A stretch of DNA of 64,000 nt from Lingula anatina (lineage: Eukaryota > Animalia > Brachiopoda). Below are positions 27,201 to 39,336 of the stretch, in pieces. Within the stretch, counting starts at the first letter, position 1. Each line of letters starts with the position of its first letter. The DNA is taken from the NCBI GenBank assembly GCA_051362555.1, contig CM120641.1:4650001-4714000 (forward strand), in the 5' to 3' direction. The translations under genes were made by a program, and so were the position numbers. The notes below the pieces were generated by a model that was not told the origin of the DNA, did no database searches, and saw only the letters and a list, made by a program, of their open reading frames with translations.

Positions 27201-30200
27201 CTGGCTTCCCAAAGACATTCTAAAAGCCTGTAGTAAATTCAGGCCTACCCAACTACCAGATGCGGCACCGAATGATCCTGAATTCACCGGTAAATCAGAC
27301 CACACTACCCGTTTTCAAGGTGTGTGTCAGATCGCATTACACAGTATCATACCCTGAACAAATTTTGAGTGGTGATGCAATGCTTTTCAACCCCGCTGAG
27401 AATCCTCACTATCACATCGTGTACTAGGCAAGAGCGGTGTCACGTCTGATACTGTGTAATGCGATCTGACACACACTTTGAAAACGGGTAGTGATCTACC
27501 GGTGAATTCAGGATCATTCGGTGCCGAGTCTGGTAGTTGGGTAGGCCTGAAATTTTCAATTCAAATAGTTTCATGTCTCCTTCTTATCTAAAACAGAATG
27601 GCTGCTTGGTAAACTATATACAGATATACAATCAAACGCCTTCATTAGGAATTTGTCATTTAATCAAATCATGTGAGTGTTAATTAGTGTGTTGAGCTAT
27701 ATTATTTATACGATTAATAAATCGAAGATTTTTTGTTCTGTTTTATTTTTAATTGGTTTCTTGGGACTCCAGAGTCACTTCCTATCACCTATGTAAGAGC
27801 GCATTCTCAACGAATTAAGCCAGGCTTTACAAAGCCGGTGACCTAAAAATGGCGGACGTACATGAAAGAAAAACCGCCTAATCTTTTAATAGTCTCTCCG
27901 CCTCCCCACACATCGTCCCTGCGGGGTACAGTAACTAAATCTCGGCTCCGTTCGCCATGCGGAAGCTACCTGAGAAATATTAAGTGCGCATGCTCATCAG
28001 TTAAACTCGTGGTGAAGAAAGCATGGCCTGGGCGGCTGAAGGCGATCGAAGGAAAAAAGCTCTTCTGTTCTATTATCTTTGAAAACAGAGACGAAAAAGG
28101 AATAATTTGGCCCGTAGAGCAGCAATGAATCGACTATCTACGGAGATAATATCACCAGAGATATTCACGGAAATATTAATGTTCGGAGCCGAGATTTAAT
28201 TACTGTACCCCGCAGGGACGACGTGTGGGGAGGCGTGTGAGAGGCGGAGAGACTATTAAAAGATTAGGCGGTTTTTCTTTCATGTACGTCCGCCATTTTT
28301 AGGTCACCGGCTTTGTAAAGCCTGGCTTAATTCGTTGAGAATGCGCTCTAAATCCATTCTTTTGCTTTACTCAATATTGCATTGTGTAGGTGTCTTTTAG
28401 GTTCAATGGAGGACTTGAGCATTAGGTTCAATACAGGTAAGGTCTAAGTGGGTCTTACTGATTAAGACAGTGATGTAGCAAAATTAAAAAAAAAAAAAGG
28501 ATACGACTTTCACATCAACTAGAATATGCTACAGGTTAAAAAAAAAAGATTAATAAATGAAGTCCCGTCAACATTATCTAATCTTATAAGGCTAAATAAA
28601 TTGATAAATACCACCTTCAAGCATTTAATCTTAAAGATGCATACAAAGTCAATTTTTTGTCACAAAAACCAACCAAATGCCAGCATATAGTTTCAAGTAG
28701 TATAACTAAGAGAATTACCAAAAGGCATTGTTTAATTTTACCCGAAAATGAGGTTTGAACGGATTTTTCTGCTGGCATTCTAAGCTGTATGTCAATGGGG
28801 CAGGAAAGTAGGTCACGAAAGTAGGTTAAATTTACAACCAAAAATTTAAAGAAAGGAGCAGTCTATAGGTCTTTTATGGCTGATCGAGTGATCTATTCAG
28901 TTTATCCCTTGGCATGTAGAATTTATTTGAGTCATAAAAGAATCTAGTAGAAGAGGTTTACATGTGTTACTGGGAATCCACGCTCCACCGATGCTCGGTT
29001 CGTATGTACCTTTAAAGCTTTACATTTGTGAAACAACCAGCATTTTTGTCAGACAACAAAAATATTTTTAAATATTTTATCAATATGTTAAAGAGGTTAA
29101 GGGGTGTGCATGCAAAAACGCCAACTTAGGCCCAATATAAGTTGTCATACAGTGAAGCAAATAAAAACTTTCTAGCAGACAGGTCTTCTTGTATTCAGTT
29201 GCTTAAAGACAGACAACATGCATAAGACCTTTATACAGAAAGAAAAAAATTTCCTAGACATTTCAACTGTTTTCCCACATTCACCAAGGTATAACTTATC
29301 CATAAGTGTTGAGAAAATAAAAATCTGGACAAAAAGTTGTTTTTGAGTTCTTTACTACAATCTGGACAGTCTTGTCAAAAATTGATGTTTCAAACAAGTA
29401 TGAGACAGTGATTTAACTCCTCCTCAACCAATAAAAAGGCTACTTTGCAATAGGTTTGGCTTAAAGTCCACAATGTAGTGAATGCATTCAATCCTTTCTG
29501 CCTATTTAACCAAAAGAAAAATGGCTGCCACAAAGCAGTCATCTTATAATCCATCATTTTTTGCAATCATCTGCATAATATATGGGTATAAAAACACAAA
29601 TATACCACATTTTCCCCTAATCTAGCAAACACATAAAATCATTGAAGAGATAGAGATAAAGAGAGAGAGATATAGAGAGAAGATCTCTGCTATATCATCA
29701 AGATCAACAAAAATGAAGGGAAACAAGGCAGCAAAGCTGTCAAATGTACAGACAAAAAGCAGGAAATAACAAAATAGGCTACTGTCAATTCTGATGCAAA
29801 AGTACATTATGTTAAACTGCAAATTTAACATCAAATTTTAATTATGCTCAACAGGTAATACCAATGTAAGTAAAATGTGAAACAAGCATAAGGCTTCAGG
29901 CCCATGGGAGTTCAAGTTCACACTTTGAAAATGTAAAACTTCCAGAAAAAGAAGTCAATTAGACTGCTTTTCCAACTCAGGCTGCATTTTAGTCCTGTAT
30001 TTCTTTTTTGAAAGTTTGGCAATCATAAGTAACATGGTTTTCCCATAATGGTCATCATGGCAGCAGCACCCAAAATTGTGTTTTCTTCTATTCTGATGCA
30101 ATATTACATAATGGTTAACTGCATAATGACAATCAATTTTTAATAACAAAATATAGTATCATGGATTTTCAGAAAATGTGACTAGCCTGGGTCTTCAAGC

Positions 30201-33200
30201 CTGTGGAACTTCAAAGTCACACCTTGAAAATGCCAATATGTGAAAAATTAAATTTTCACAAAAAAACTCTTTAACTGGTAGATTGCATTGCCTACTGAAG
30301 CTGTATTTTAGTCCCATGTTTCTTTCCTGTAAGTTTGAGAACAGTAAGTGACATGGTTTTTCTTAAAAGGTAATCATGGGAGCAGTGCCCAAAATAGGTT
30401 TTTTTTCAAATTTTGATGCAATATTACATAATGTTTAACAGCATAATGACCATCAATTTTTAATAATAAAATATTAGTATCATGGATATTCAGAAAATGT
30501 GACTAGCAAAGGTCTTCAGGCCCATGGAACTTCAAAGTCACAACTTGAAAATGCCAAAATGTAAACAAGACAGCACTGTTCTGAAATGTTTTTTCCCCAT
30601 TTATAACAATTTTTAACATAAAACAAAATTAACAGTTTACTGCCATTTTTATATGATCAACTAAGAATATCAATAGAGCAGTGTTAAATGTCCAATTTCT
30701 TCCATTCTGAGATTCTGAACATAGTGAATGATTGAATCTGACAAACTGCAATGATATGAGTTTATTTCCATTTTTGAAACTTTATTACACAATACACGAT
30801 AACATGTTTGCCATCATTTTTACAAAATCAACTAACAATATTGTAAAGATGCAGGAAATGTCAAACAAACAGTTTCACGTATCTTATTAGTTAAATAATG
30901 AGACTGTTAACATGCCTAAAAATTGAATCTGAGGAAATGTGAAAAAACAGCATACCTTCTAAAATAATGGCACGATTATGCTGATTTACGAACTCAACCT
31001 GCATTTTAGTAAAATTGACCACTCCTGTGACTTTCATGACAATTGGCCCATCTGTTTTTCTTATATTGTGTTTACAGTGTTGCATATATGCTGAAAAGTG
31101 TAAAAAACAGCATAACTAGTAAAATAGTGGCCCGATCATGCCGATTTTCGAACTTGACCTGCGTTTTAGTAAGATTGATTACTCCTGTGAGTTTCATGAC
31201 AACAGGTCTATCGGTTTTCCTTGAAATGTGTTAACAGTGTTGCATATATGCCGAAAAGTGAAAAAACAGCATAACTACTAAAATAGTGGCCCGATCATGC
31301 CGATTTTCGAACTTGATCTGCGTTTTAGTAAGACTGATTACTCCTGTGAGTTTCATGACAACAGGCCTATCGGTTTTCCTTGAAATGTGTTAACAGTGTT
31401 GCATATATGCTAAAAAGTGAAAAAACAGCATAAATTCTACAATAATGGCCCGATCATGCTGATTTTCGAACTTGACCTGCGTTTTATGAATATTAGTCAG
31501 CTCTGTAAATATAAAGCCAAAAAGTAAAACTGTCTTCCACTTATGGTGTTAACGCTGAAAGTGCACGGCGACGGCGACATGATCGGCGACGACAGACGCA
31601 GGTGATGGCAATATGTACAGACACATCTGTGTCTGTACATAAAAAGCAAGTTATAATAAAAAACTGAACATTTTCATCAGTGTCAAGAGTGAAACAAATA
31701 GAGCAGAGCATCTCGAGGCCTGGTATCACAAGAAGTGCACAATGGCAACTTTACACCTATTACAACAAGGTTAGTCTTTCATTTGGATCTGAAAAATGCA
31801 CTCAGCAATGAGACAGTTTTCCTACCATATATATATTTATATCATGACAAAGAAATCTAGCACTCGCGTTACTTATCTTCAGGCAGACTCACAGTCACTT
31901 CAGGACAGGCTCGCAAGCAGGACTTATGAGATGGTACATCACATTGTTAGAGCAGAGTGGCCAGTGAAGATTTTCTCTTCTATTTTTTTAGAAGACTGTA
32001 ATGTATTTTTACTCTTTTTGACTCTCCATAAGAACTTGTGGGAACAAGGATGCCGAGGCAGATACAGTACAGATATTTTTTATTACCGGGTACCCATAGT
32101 AGCATGTAGTTATTCACATAAAATTTACTTGTTTTCACCTATATGCTACACATTAATTTAAAAATGTCAAATTTTAGCAAGCCGATGCCAGTGTAACTAA
32201 TATAATTTGGTTTGAGTAAAGCAAACGCATACTTGAACATGTGCTTCATCCACTCTGTCCCAAATACACATCTACACTGATATGTGCCATTATAGAATGT
32301 CATTTAGTTTTTTCCCCCTTTTATTTCTTATTTATATATTACTCTATCTTATCTGACAAATGCTTTGGGACTATGGTGACCAACATAAACAGGTGGGGCT
32401 AGCACTGTGCTAAGGTCTGTATCACTATCTGTATCTATCAAGTGTCTGGAAACATTTTTGGACCAGAACTCAAAAATCTTAGTAGGATGTAGAGTGTGAT
32501 TGGTTCAGAGAAAATCTCTCAACGTAGTTTTAATGAAATCACAAAAATTGGTATATCCTCTGACAATGAAGAACACTCCGATGTCAAAGATTTCTGATAA
32601 CATCTTTTAAATGATGATTAGTTGTCTTGTTTACAAAGGCCCATTAAAAATTGGTGTAATTTTAAGTTATTGCTGATAAAATCTAAATGGAGTGATTCTA
32701 AAAAAAAAAAAAAAAAAAAAAATCAGTAACACTGTCTTATAGTACTCTTGTGCAGCCATTCAAGTATTTCATATACAAGCCCATGTAGTAGAAAATATGC
32801 AGAAATCAAATATAGCACTTTCATCCCAAAACCACCAAATTGAAGTTATCAAAAAAAGGGACCATATTTTTCTGAGGACAAATAATGTCCATGAACATTG
32901 TATGATAATATTATATCAACAGCTTTGCAATAAGTAATTTTTTATCTGATTTTGGCCTTACCTTTACTTTGGACATTAAAAATCCCTCTTTCTTAATAAA
33001 TGAAGTTTTGAAACAATTAACAGATCTATCTAGAATTAACTTCTTTTTATAAAACACCTCTCCAAATAAAGAAATCAAACTGTGATAAGCTGAGTAGCTT
33101 CTTGTCTGTTATTCTTAGAGAGCAATGCAGCATCATGGATCAACTGTGTGGACTTATTTTTGCTTTGCAGAATGTGATAAACATCACAATTCTTCAGGTC

Positions 33201-35528
33201 ATGCCCCCTTACCAGTATACAGATGACCTTCATACACACAAAACAATGATATGCTTCTATAATATAAAATATTTTGTATCTCCAAATATGAGAAGAGACA
33301 CTTTTCAAATAAGTCAAAATCATTTTTTTTTAGAATAATGTTTATCTATCTCTAATAAAAGAAAACACAATAATAAGCTGGTAATGATAATACATAAATA
33401 TAACAAAATTGTTCAAGAATTATATATATATATATATCTTGGATTTAGGTGACACATTGCCCAATTAGTAATAAAGATATATCATATTCTGAGTGGAATA
33501 TATGAACTCTAATAACAATTTTATTCTGTGGATATGTTACACAGCTACTGACATTAATTTATAAGACAAGATAATAATGAAAAGAGACTTCCCTTCGTGC
33601 AATTGTTGATCAATATCAAGTATATAGTACTCGGTAAAGAAGTGTTCTAAAAGACACTTGCAAGTAGAAGTAAAATGTTTGCTTGTTCATTAGGATGTGT
33701 GTAATGTACTTTTCTTGTTATAGCAAGATAGCTAAAAATTTCTGCCCAAACCATTCCATAACCAAAACAACATGCAATGTCGAAAAACAATTATAAAATT
33801 TACACTTTCTGCTGCCAAAATGAATCAATCTTATTATGCCAGCTCATATGTATGAACAAGGACAAAACCAGTTAACAAACCCAGTTAAAGACTCAGCACA
33901 TAATGAATTTTTATCTACAAGATACTTTGGTGGTAACTACTATGTTATTGACAGTGACATATTGCTTAGTAAGCTCACTGGTAATTAACACATTTCTCAT
34001 AAGATGTGTACTTTAACAAAGCAAATTGTGGGGTAGGCTCTGTAAACATATACTATATGGAAACATAGGATGTTTACTACTTTCTTAGTCAATGACAAAT
34101 TCAGATTGATGTTGTACCCATACCGCATACAACAATTACATTTATACATGAATGTGAAAGACACGGGCCCACATGTGCATGCTCATTAAAACCACAACAA
34201 AAACAACCACAAACCATACAGAATATAACATGAGGCTTGTAGAGGGCCCTTGGGAAAAAACCTCTCTAGATTTATCAAACTGTTAAAAGAGAAAGATAAG
34301 GTCCTTGTGCACATGATAGGTTGCTACAAGCTTATCTTATACAGATGAAAAAACACTGATATCATGATGGGAGGTCGCATGCATTTGCAATTCAAATCTA
34401 CACAACAGAATACCAAATAAATATATATATACAAACATACACTGGAGCTACATTATACTATATTGTGGAATATTGAGAGGAATGAAAGGGTCATGTTTTG
34501 GTCATTTTCACAGGGTAATTTTTTAAAATAAAGCTTAAGTGGAGTATAGTACTAAGTTCAACTCTTTCATGTGAGTAATATAAGAAATAATTGGTTGTTT
34601 CAGCCATATGCAGGACATCATGACTTCTCCATCATTTCCAAAGACGTATAACAAAATAGACAAACTTTTGTAGCATATTTGATTCTTATGATAAAATAAA
34701 TGACTAAATAAATGCAGATGAGATGCAACTGTATAACAGCTAAATAAAGGTATGAGACATTTGTTATAATGCACTAGTGCTGTGCGCAAAAAAGAAACCT
34801 CTGCAGTTTTATAATATATGGTATTTGGCTTCTTTCTCTCGTCTTCATTATCACACTGGTGCAAAATGTAAACATGCAATTGACTTTTTAGGAAAGGTTT
34901 ATAAATATCAAAAGGTTTCTTTCTGACGTATGCAAATATGTTTGTCTAAGCACTGCTTAACACAGAGAAGATCAACCAGCTCATTTCCTCATTTACTTGT
35001 ATCAATTATTGCCAACTGATATCGCTTTTCTTCTCATGTGAAGAGCAGTGTCAAATTAGACCATCTTTAGTGTTTATGCATGAGGGATGGGTTCAACATA
35101 ATGAAGATAATCTAATTCTGTTGAGAACAACTGAAGTCCTTGTATTGCAATATGGAGATCTATATAATACACAGAAAGTGATCCTTTTTAAGGCCCAAAT
35201 TAATAATAATTAATACCCTCTAAAAGTTCCAGAATGATAAAAGATTGTTTGCAGTCTGATTCTGGCAAAGCTGAGTAAACGATTCTACCTTCCTCTCCTG
35301 ATATATTACCAAATCTAACAGGCGGCACCCACCGCTGCATATTCATATGAATCTATATATATGGCGTCTGGGGTTACATGAAGCAGTGGAGTACACAATA
35401 TAATATTGACATATCCAAGGAGACGATCAGATTTATCAGTTCAGCAACTTACCTAAATATATGTCACCAAATGAGCCACTCCCGATCTTCCTGCCTAAAC
35501 GATACTTGTTTCCCACCCTCAGCTCCAT
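18233..35528 (-). CDS. CSNK1D: Casein kinase 1 delta/epsilon; complement join(35453..35528,26075..26185,24255..24403,23794..24022,23115..23285,22337..22485,21961..22108,18233..18441), about 413 aa
   Basis: [74 protein letters not shown]. Exon sizes 76/111/149/229/171/149, all GT-AG and in phase. Tail [25 protein letters not shown] resembles the vertebrate CK1 delta/epsilon tail. Confidence 0.97.
20133..20428 (-). CDS. CSNK1D: Alternative terminal exon of CK1 (Ser/Arg/Pro-rich tail ending PHSPHLQ*)
   Basis: Acceptor ttgcattttag at 20429, phase 1 like the donor at 21960. About 98 open, GC-richer codons, then TGA. Confidence 0.75.
20747..20773 (-). CDS. CSNK1D: Candidate 27-nt symmetric micro-exon of CK1 (GALPNACPT)
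   Basis: ctctgctttcttacctacag|GTGCCCTGCCCAATGCTTGTCCCACAG|gtacct, phase 1-1. Confidence 0.5.
25352..25566 (+). mobile_element. Harbinger/Tourist-like MITE in CK1 intron 2
   Basis: TTA on both flanks, imperfect TIRs, and a related inverted copy at 54733-54946. Confidence 0.8.
27240..27549. mobile_element. Fold-back MITE with CAGG termini and a 5-bp TSD (hAT5-like)
   Basis: About 110-bp imperfect inverted arms starting caggcctacccaactaccaga; AAATT directly on both sides. Confidence 0.85.
27797..28348. mobile_element. PIF/Harbinger MITE with long TIRs
   Basis: About 150-bp inverted arms (gagcgcattctcaacgaattaagcc...), the outer ~105 bp essentially perfect; TAA TSD on both sides. Confidence 0.92.
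29722..31645 (-). mobile_element. Helentron-associated non-autonomous element (HINE / DINE-1-like), full-length copy
   Basis: 5' TTTTTATGTACAGACACAGATGTGTCTGTACAT hairpin, (GTC/GCC)n microsatellite, internal tandem arrays, then 3' subTIR TGTCTGTACAT, stem-loop ACAGCTTTGCTGC and CTTGTT end; no TSD. Confidence 0.88.
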
Positions 35529-35645
35529 CTCTGAAGGAACAGAAAAAGAGGTATCAGCTGTAACAGTGTACGATCAAAACAGTCAATGAAGTTCTTTGTG
35601 AACCCAAGCGACAGAGATGTGACATAGACCTTGTTTTTTACTTAC

Positions 35646-36265
35646 TTAGAGACGTCTTATGTCCACCTTATTTACAGGAGATAAAGATGAACCACCCTAA
35701 CATCAGCACATATCCTTAAAACAACACAAATTTCCGTTGGATTGTCTAGATGAGGTGGATTATATCCCCTATACTACGCCCAAACATCGCCATTATTTAT
35801 CCCTTCACAGCGGTTGCTGACGTAAGTGCGCATGCTCACGTCTAAATTCCGCTTTGACTAAAAGATATGTCTGAATCTCACCTGCTGCAATGAATAGCAA
35901 TGTGCGCAGCTCATCTCACTACAATGCTTTCAGTGCACTGCGCAATGTCACGTAACAACAATATAGATCTAAGTGGGAGAGTCTGCTGAACTTGGGTGGA
36001 CATGTATTGACAGAAGTCTAAATTTATGCATTTGCAGTAAGCATTTTAGGATTTACTCATTAATCTAACTTGTAGACACAAGGTCTAGTCTAGATATCTG
36101 TCATTTTATGTTGGGTGAGGGGTTCTTGTCCGTGCTGCCGGCTCCTGAACCGCTCACCTTGTCTGACCCGACAGGTACATGTAAATGAAACTTGAGAAGT
36201 TGTTGAGGTCATGAGAGAAGGATTTGACAAGGTGCATTGGCTTTATTTCCTCCAGAATTATCCAG
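35646..36265. promoter_or_regulatory. Putative bidirectional promoter and non-coding first exons of CK1 (-) and MGAT4-like (+)
   Basis: Minus-strand donor gtaagt at 35645 and acceptor 2 nt before the CK1 ATG; plus-strand donor cag|gtaagc near 36265; CpG-richer segment with an NRF1-like TGCGCATGCTCA at about 35827. Confidence 0.6.
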
Positions 36266-36347
36266 GTAAGCTTTTTTTTTTAAAGCTTGTGTTTAGCTCG
36301 TCAAACCCGTTTTTGAACGTGGTAAGTAAAGAATGAACATTCTTTTT

Positions 36348-36527
36348 CAGGGGCGGACTGAAGCCTTCTTCTACAGTAAGTTCTGGGTATTCCCAGAAGA
36401 CTGTCAGAACTTTTCAAGTTTGTATTTATGGGCATCTTATTTTTTCTATCGGAAGACGGTCAAAAGCGGAAGATGGATCAACAAAGATAATTGGAAGACT
36501 GTCAGAAAATATCTCTGAATTCGCCCG
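36348..36527 (+). mobile_element. Old hAT-like MITE (caggggcggac...)
   Basis: Diverged inverted copy at about 39935-40100 and a partial copy at about 36674-36725. Confidence 0.6.
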
Positions 36528-37757
36528 TTTTTTTGCCCTTTTATTTGTTACCAAACGTTTAGATAGACAACTGCTAATTTTTGAAATATTATTAGATCAG
36601 ATAATTTTTAGATTTGGCTTGCTGTATGAAAACCATGTTAATGGGATTTTAGAAAAACAATTCAATTTAGTTTTCAGGGGTGGATCCATAGATTTTCTGA
36701 CAGTCTTCAAAATCTTTGTTGATCCAGATAATTAAAAAATATCTTTGTTGATTTAACTTCATATTTAGCATGCATTTAGTTTGATGGGTCATAGTTATAC
36801 CTTGCTTATAATCTGGCTAATGAGAAACTATCAAAACAGCTTTCTGAGATAATGGGTCAATGTTTACCCAAAGGCAGGTATCTTCAAACAAAGGTAGACA
36901 TTGGTAGACGGTTTGACCACTGTGAAGATATTTTTAAATTGAAAGTAATTATTTAGTACTTGCTCCTAATTTTCTTGATATAATAACATTCTAATTAAGG
37001 CTAAAAAATTGGTCTGATTATACCATTTTATTGTTTAAATATGTAATGCTTTACAATCCCTCTCCTACTATTACTACCATTAAAAATATCCAACCAAATA
37101 GCCAAGTGCCTTTGAATTGATTCTGAACAAACCAACCGTTTTCCTTTTTAAAGGGCTTTTAAAAATATAAAATATTAAATATAAAAGGTATTAAAATACT
37201 TTAATACTGGTATGAGGAGTTAGAGTTCAAAACAAAGTAGTTTTTAATATTATAGTAGTTAATTCTAAATAGGAAGAGACATTTATCACTTAACAAAAAA
37301 TACCTCGTTACATACCATGAAGATAGATTTTCTTAAGACAATCTATTATGTCTATCTACCTTGGCATACCTTTATTAAAACAAAAGATCAAAAACATACC
37401 AAAAGTTTCGATAACACCTAGGATTTTGTTTTTATTCTATGTTAAGAATTGCAGAGCCTTGCTGACTGTACATTTCACCTGGCACCCATGAAGTTAACAT
37501 TTAATTGGTCCCAGATTGCACCTTGCAGTTATTACATATTTCAATATATAATTGGGTTGATCTATTTGATCTTTAACAAGGTAGATCAGTCAAGTAATTA
37601 TAGACTGCATTCATACTTTGTTAGTAGTTATTGCATTCACAGATTTGTGAAAACTATGTGTACAATTTAGATCTATGCTTAAATGTAATCATTACCCATG
37701 TCACTCACTGTTCAAAAATTTTCACTGAAATGGGCATGGGTTTGTTATGTCAACGCA

Positions 37758-38122
37758 CAGACATGCTGAAACTGTTGGTCCGATCGGTCATGACCGGGAA
37801 AATTTGTCTGGACTGGTAAAAAATTGGACTCGGTCACTCCAAAGGACCGACAAGAGTTTTAAGAACCACAATTTTGAATTTACAGTCATCATTCGACATA
37901 CTTCACTAATCAAATTATATAAAACCTAAAGGGTTTTTTCCCTTCCATTTCAAACCTATCACATTCACAAACATTTTAGTAAGCCACCTAATCACACTGG
38001 TAGTATCTGTCTCAAACGTATAGGGTGATTTTCGGTCTGACAAAAATCCATTCGGTCCGGTAAATTTTTCATTACTGCCGGTCCAAATGTCCGGCCATTC
38101 TGAAAAGTTTTCAGCATGTCTG
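37758..38122. mobile_element. hAT-like MITE with an apparent 6-bp TSD
   Basis: 14-bp TIR cagacatgctgaaa / tttcagcatgtctg; flanks AACGCA and AATGCA; subterminal ggtccg/cggtc motifs. Confidence 0.75.
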
Positions 38123-38411
38123 AATGCATGCGCAAAAAGCATCTTTGTGACATAAACAAAATGGCGAATTTGACAAAAGCCTGCCAGTGTTTATTGTCTG
38201 GTTTATTCAGTTTAATTTGCTTTTTGGTGGTGTTTTGAGAAAGTATATTGAAAATGTTCTGTTGATTGTATGTATCAAAAGGTAAATCCATCAGACTTTG
38301 CTTAGAATAACATTTATTTTGCCTTTATTGTAAGGGGATTTGGTTTTTATTTATAGTGTTATGTTTCCCCAAGGATATTCCTAACCCTTCCTCCGCTCTT
38401 GATGTCACGAT

Positions 38412-38601
38412 TGTGTGACATTTTTTCTTTTGACAACATTTCAAAAGAAAAATATTTGAAAACAATTTTATTTGATGTGTGACATTTTTTTCTTTTGACA
38501 ACATTTCAAAAGAAAAATATTTGAAAACAATTTTATTTGATGTGTGACATTTTTTCTTTTGACAACATTTCAAAAGAAAAATATTTGAAAACAATTTTAT
38601 T
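38412..38601. repeat. About 64-bp tandem repeat, roughly 3 copies
   Basis: Unit tgtgtgacattttttcttttgacaacatttcaaaagaaaaatatttgaaaacaattttatttga. Confidence 0.92.
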
Positions 38602-39001
38602 TTTGTTAACTTGTAGCCCTATATGTCAGAAGGTATTAGAAAACAGACAAGCTATAATCGTTTTCTATTAATTGTGAAAACTTTCTCATCTAATTTGCCA
38701 CAGAGGGGACAAATTAATTTTTGACAAAATGTTACTGTTTCAGTTCAGCTTCATTTTATATCAACTTCTATCACAAAATGTCTAGGCATCAAACCCTGGA
38801 TGTCCCAATGGTCAATAGCAAATTTGATTCCAAGGGTAAGAGTACCATGGCTAAAAACTGATGTCCCATCTGTGACACCAAAACTTCATTTAATTGTATA
38901 TTTATGAAAAATTAGGACGTGTTATTATGTGTAAACTTCCCAGATAGCTCAAAATACAGATATTTAGTCATTAGACAACACAGTGAGATAAGTTAACATA
39001 A

Positions 39002-39072
39002 GGGCCATTCACATTAGAAAGTTAACCGTGGTCGAGTTAACTCCGATTGAATCGCGGCCAGCGTGAATGGCC
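39002..39072. mobile_element. Tiny Harbinger-like MITE
   Basis: ggccattcac ... gtgaatggcc, with TAA on both flanks. Confidence 0.55.
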
Positions 39073-39336
39073 TAATGGTCTAGATGTAATTTTATAACTC
39101 CACGTTTTTGGCCTACATGTGAATACTGTGGAATTACCCCTCATGTAATTATGGTTTTGCAATTTTTTTTTTTTTTTATTACAATTTTTTAACCAAAGTT
39201 TGAAGATGGAAAATCTATTTTCATTCAAACATATTATTATCATTATATTATTATTAAAGGGAGGTTGTTAAATGACTTGTTCATATATTTATAGGAAGAT
39301 CAGGAAGAAAGTAAATGAAAACCGTCCTACTTGACA

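Noticed and set aside
30860-31560. Regular ~160-bp periodicity suggesting a CRISPR-like array
   Set aside because: Whole units are homologous with no unique spacers, the context is eukaryotic, and there are no cas genes.
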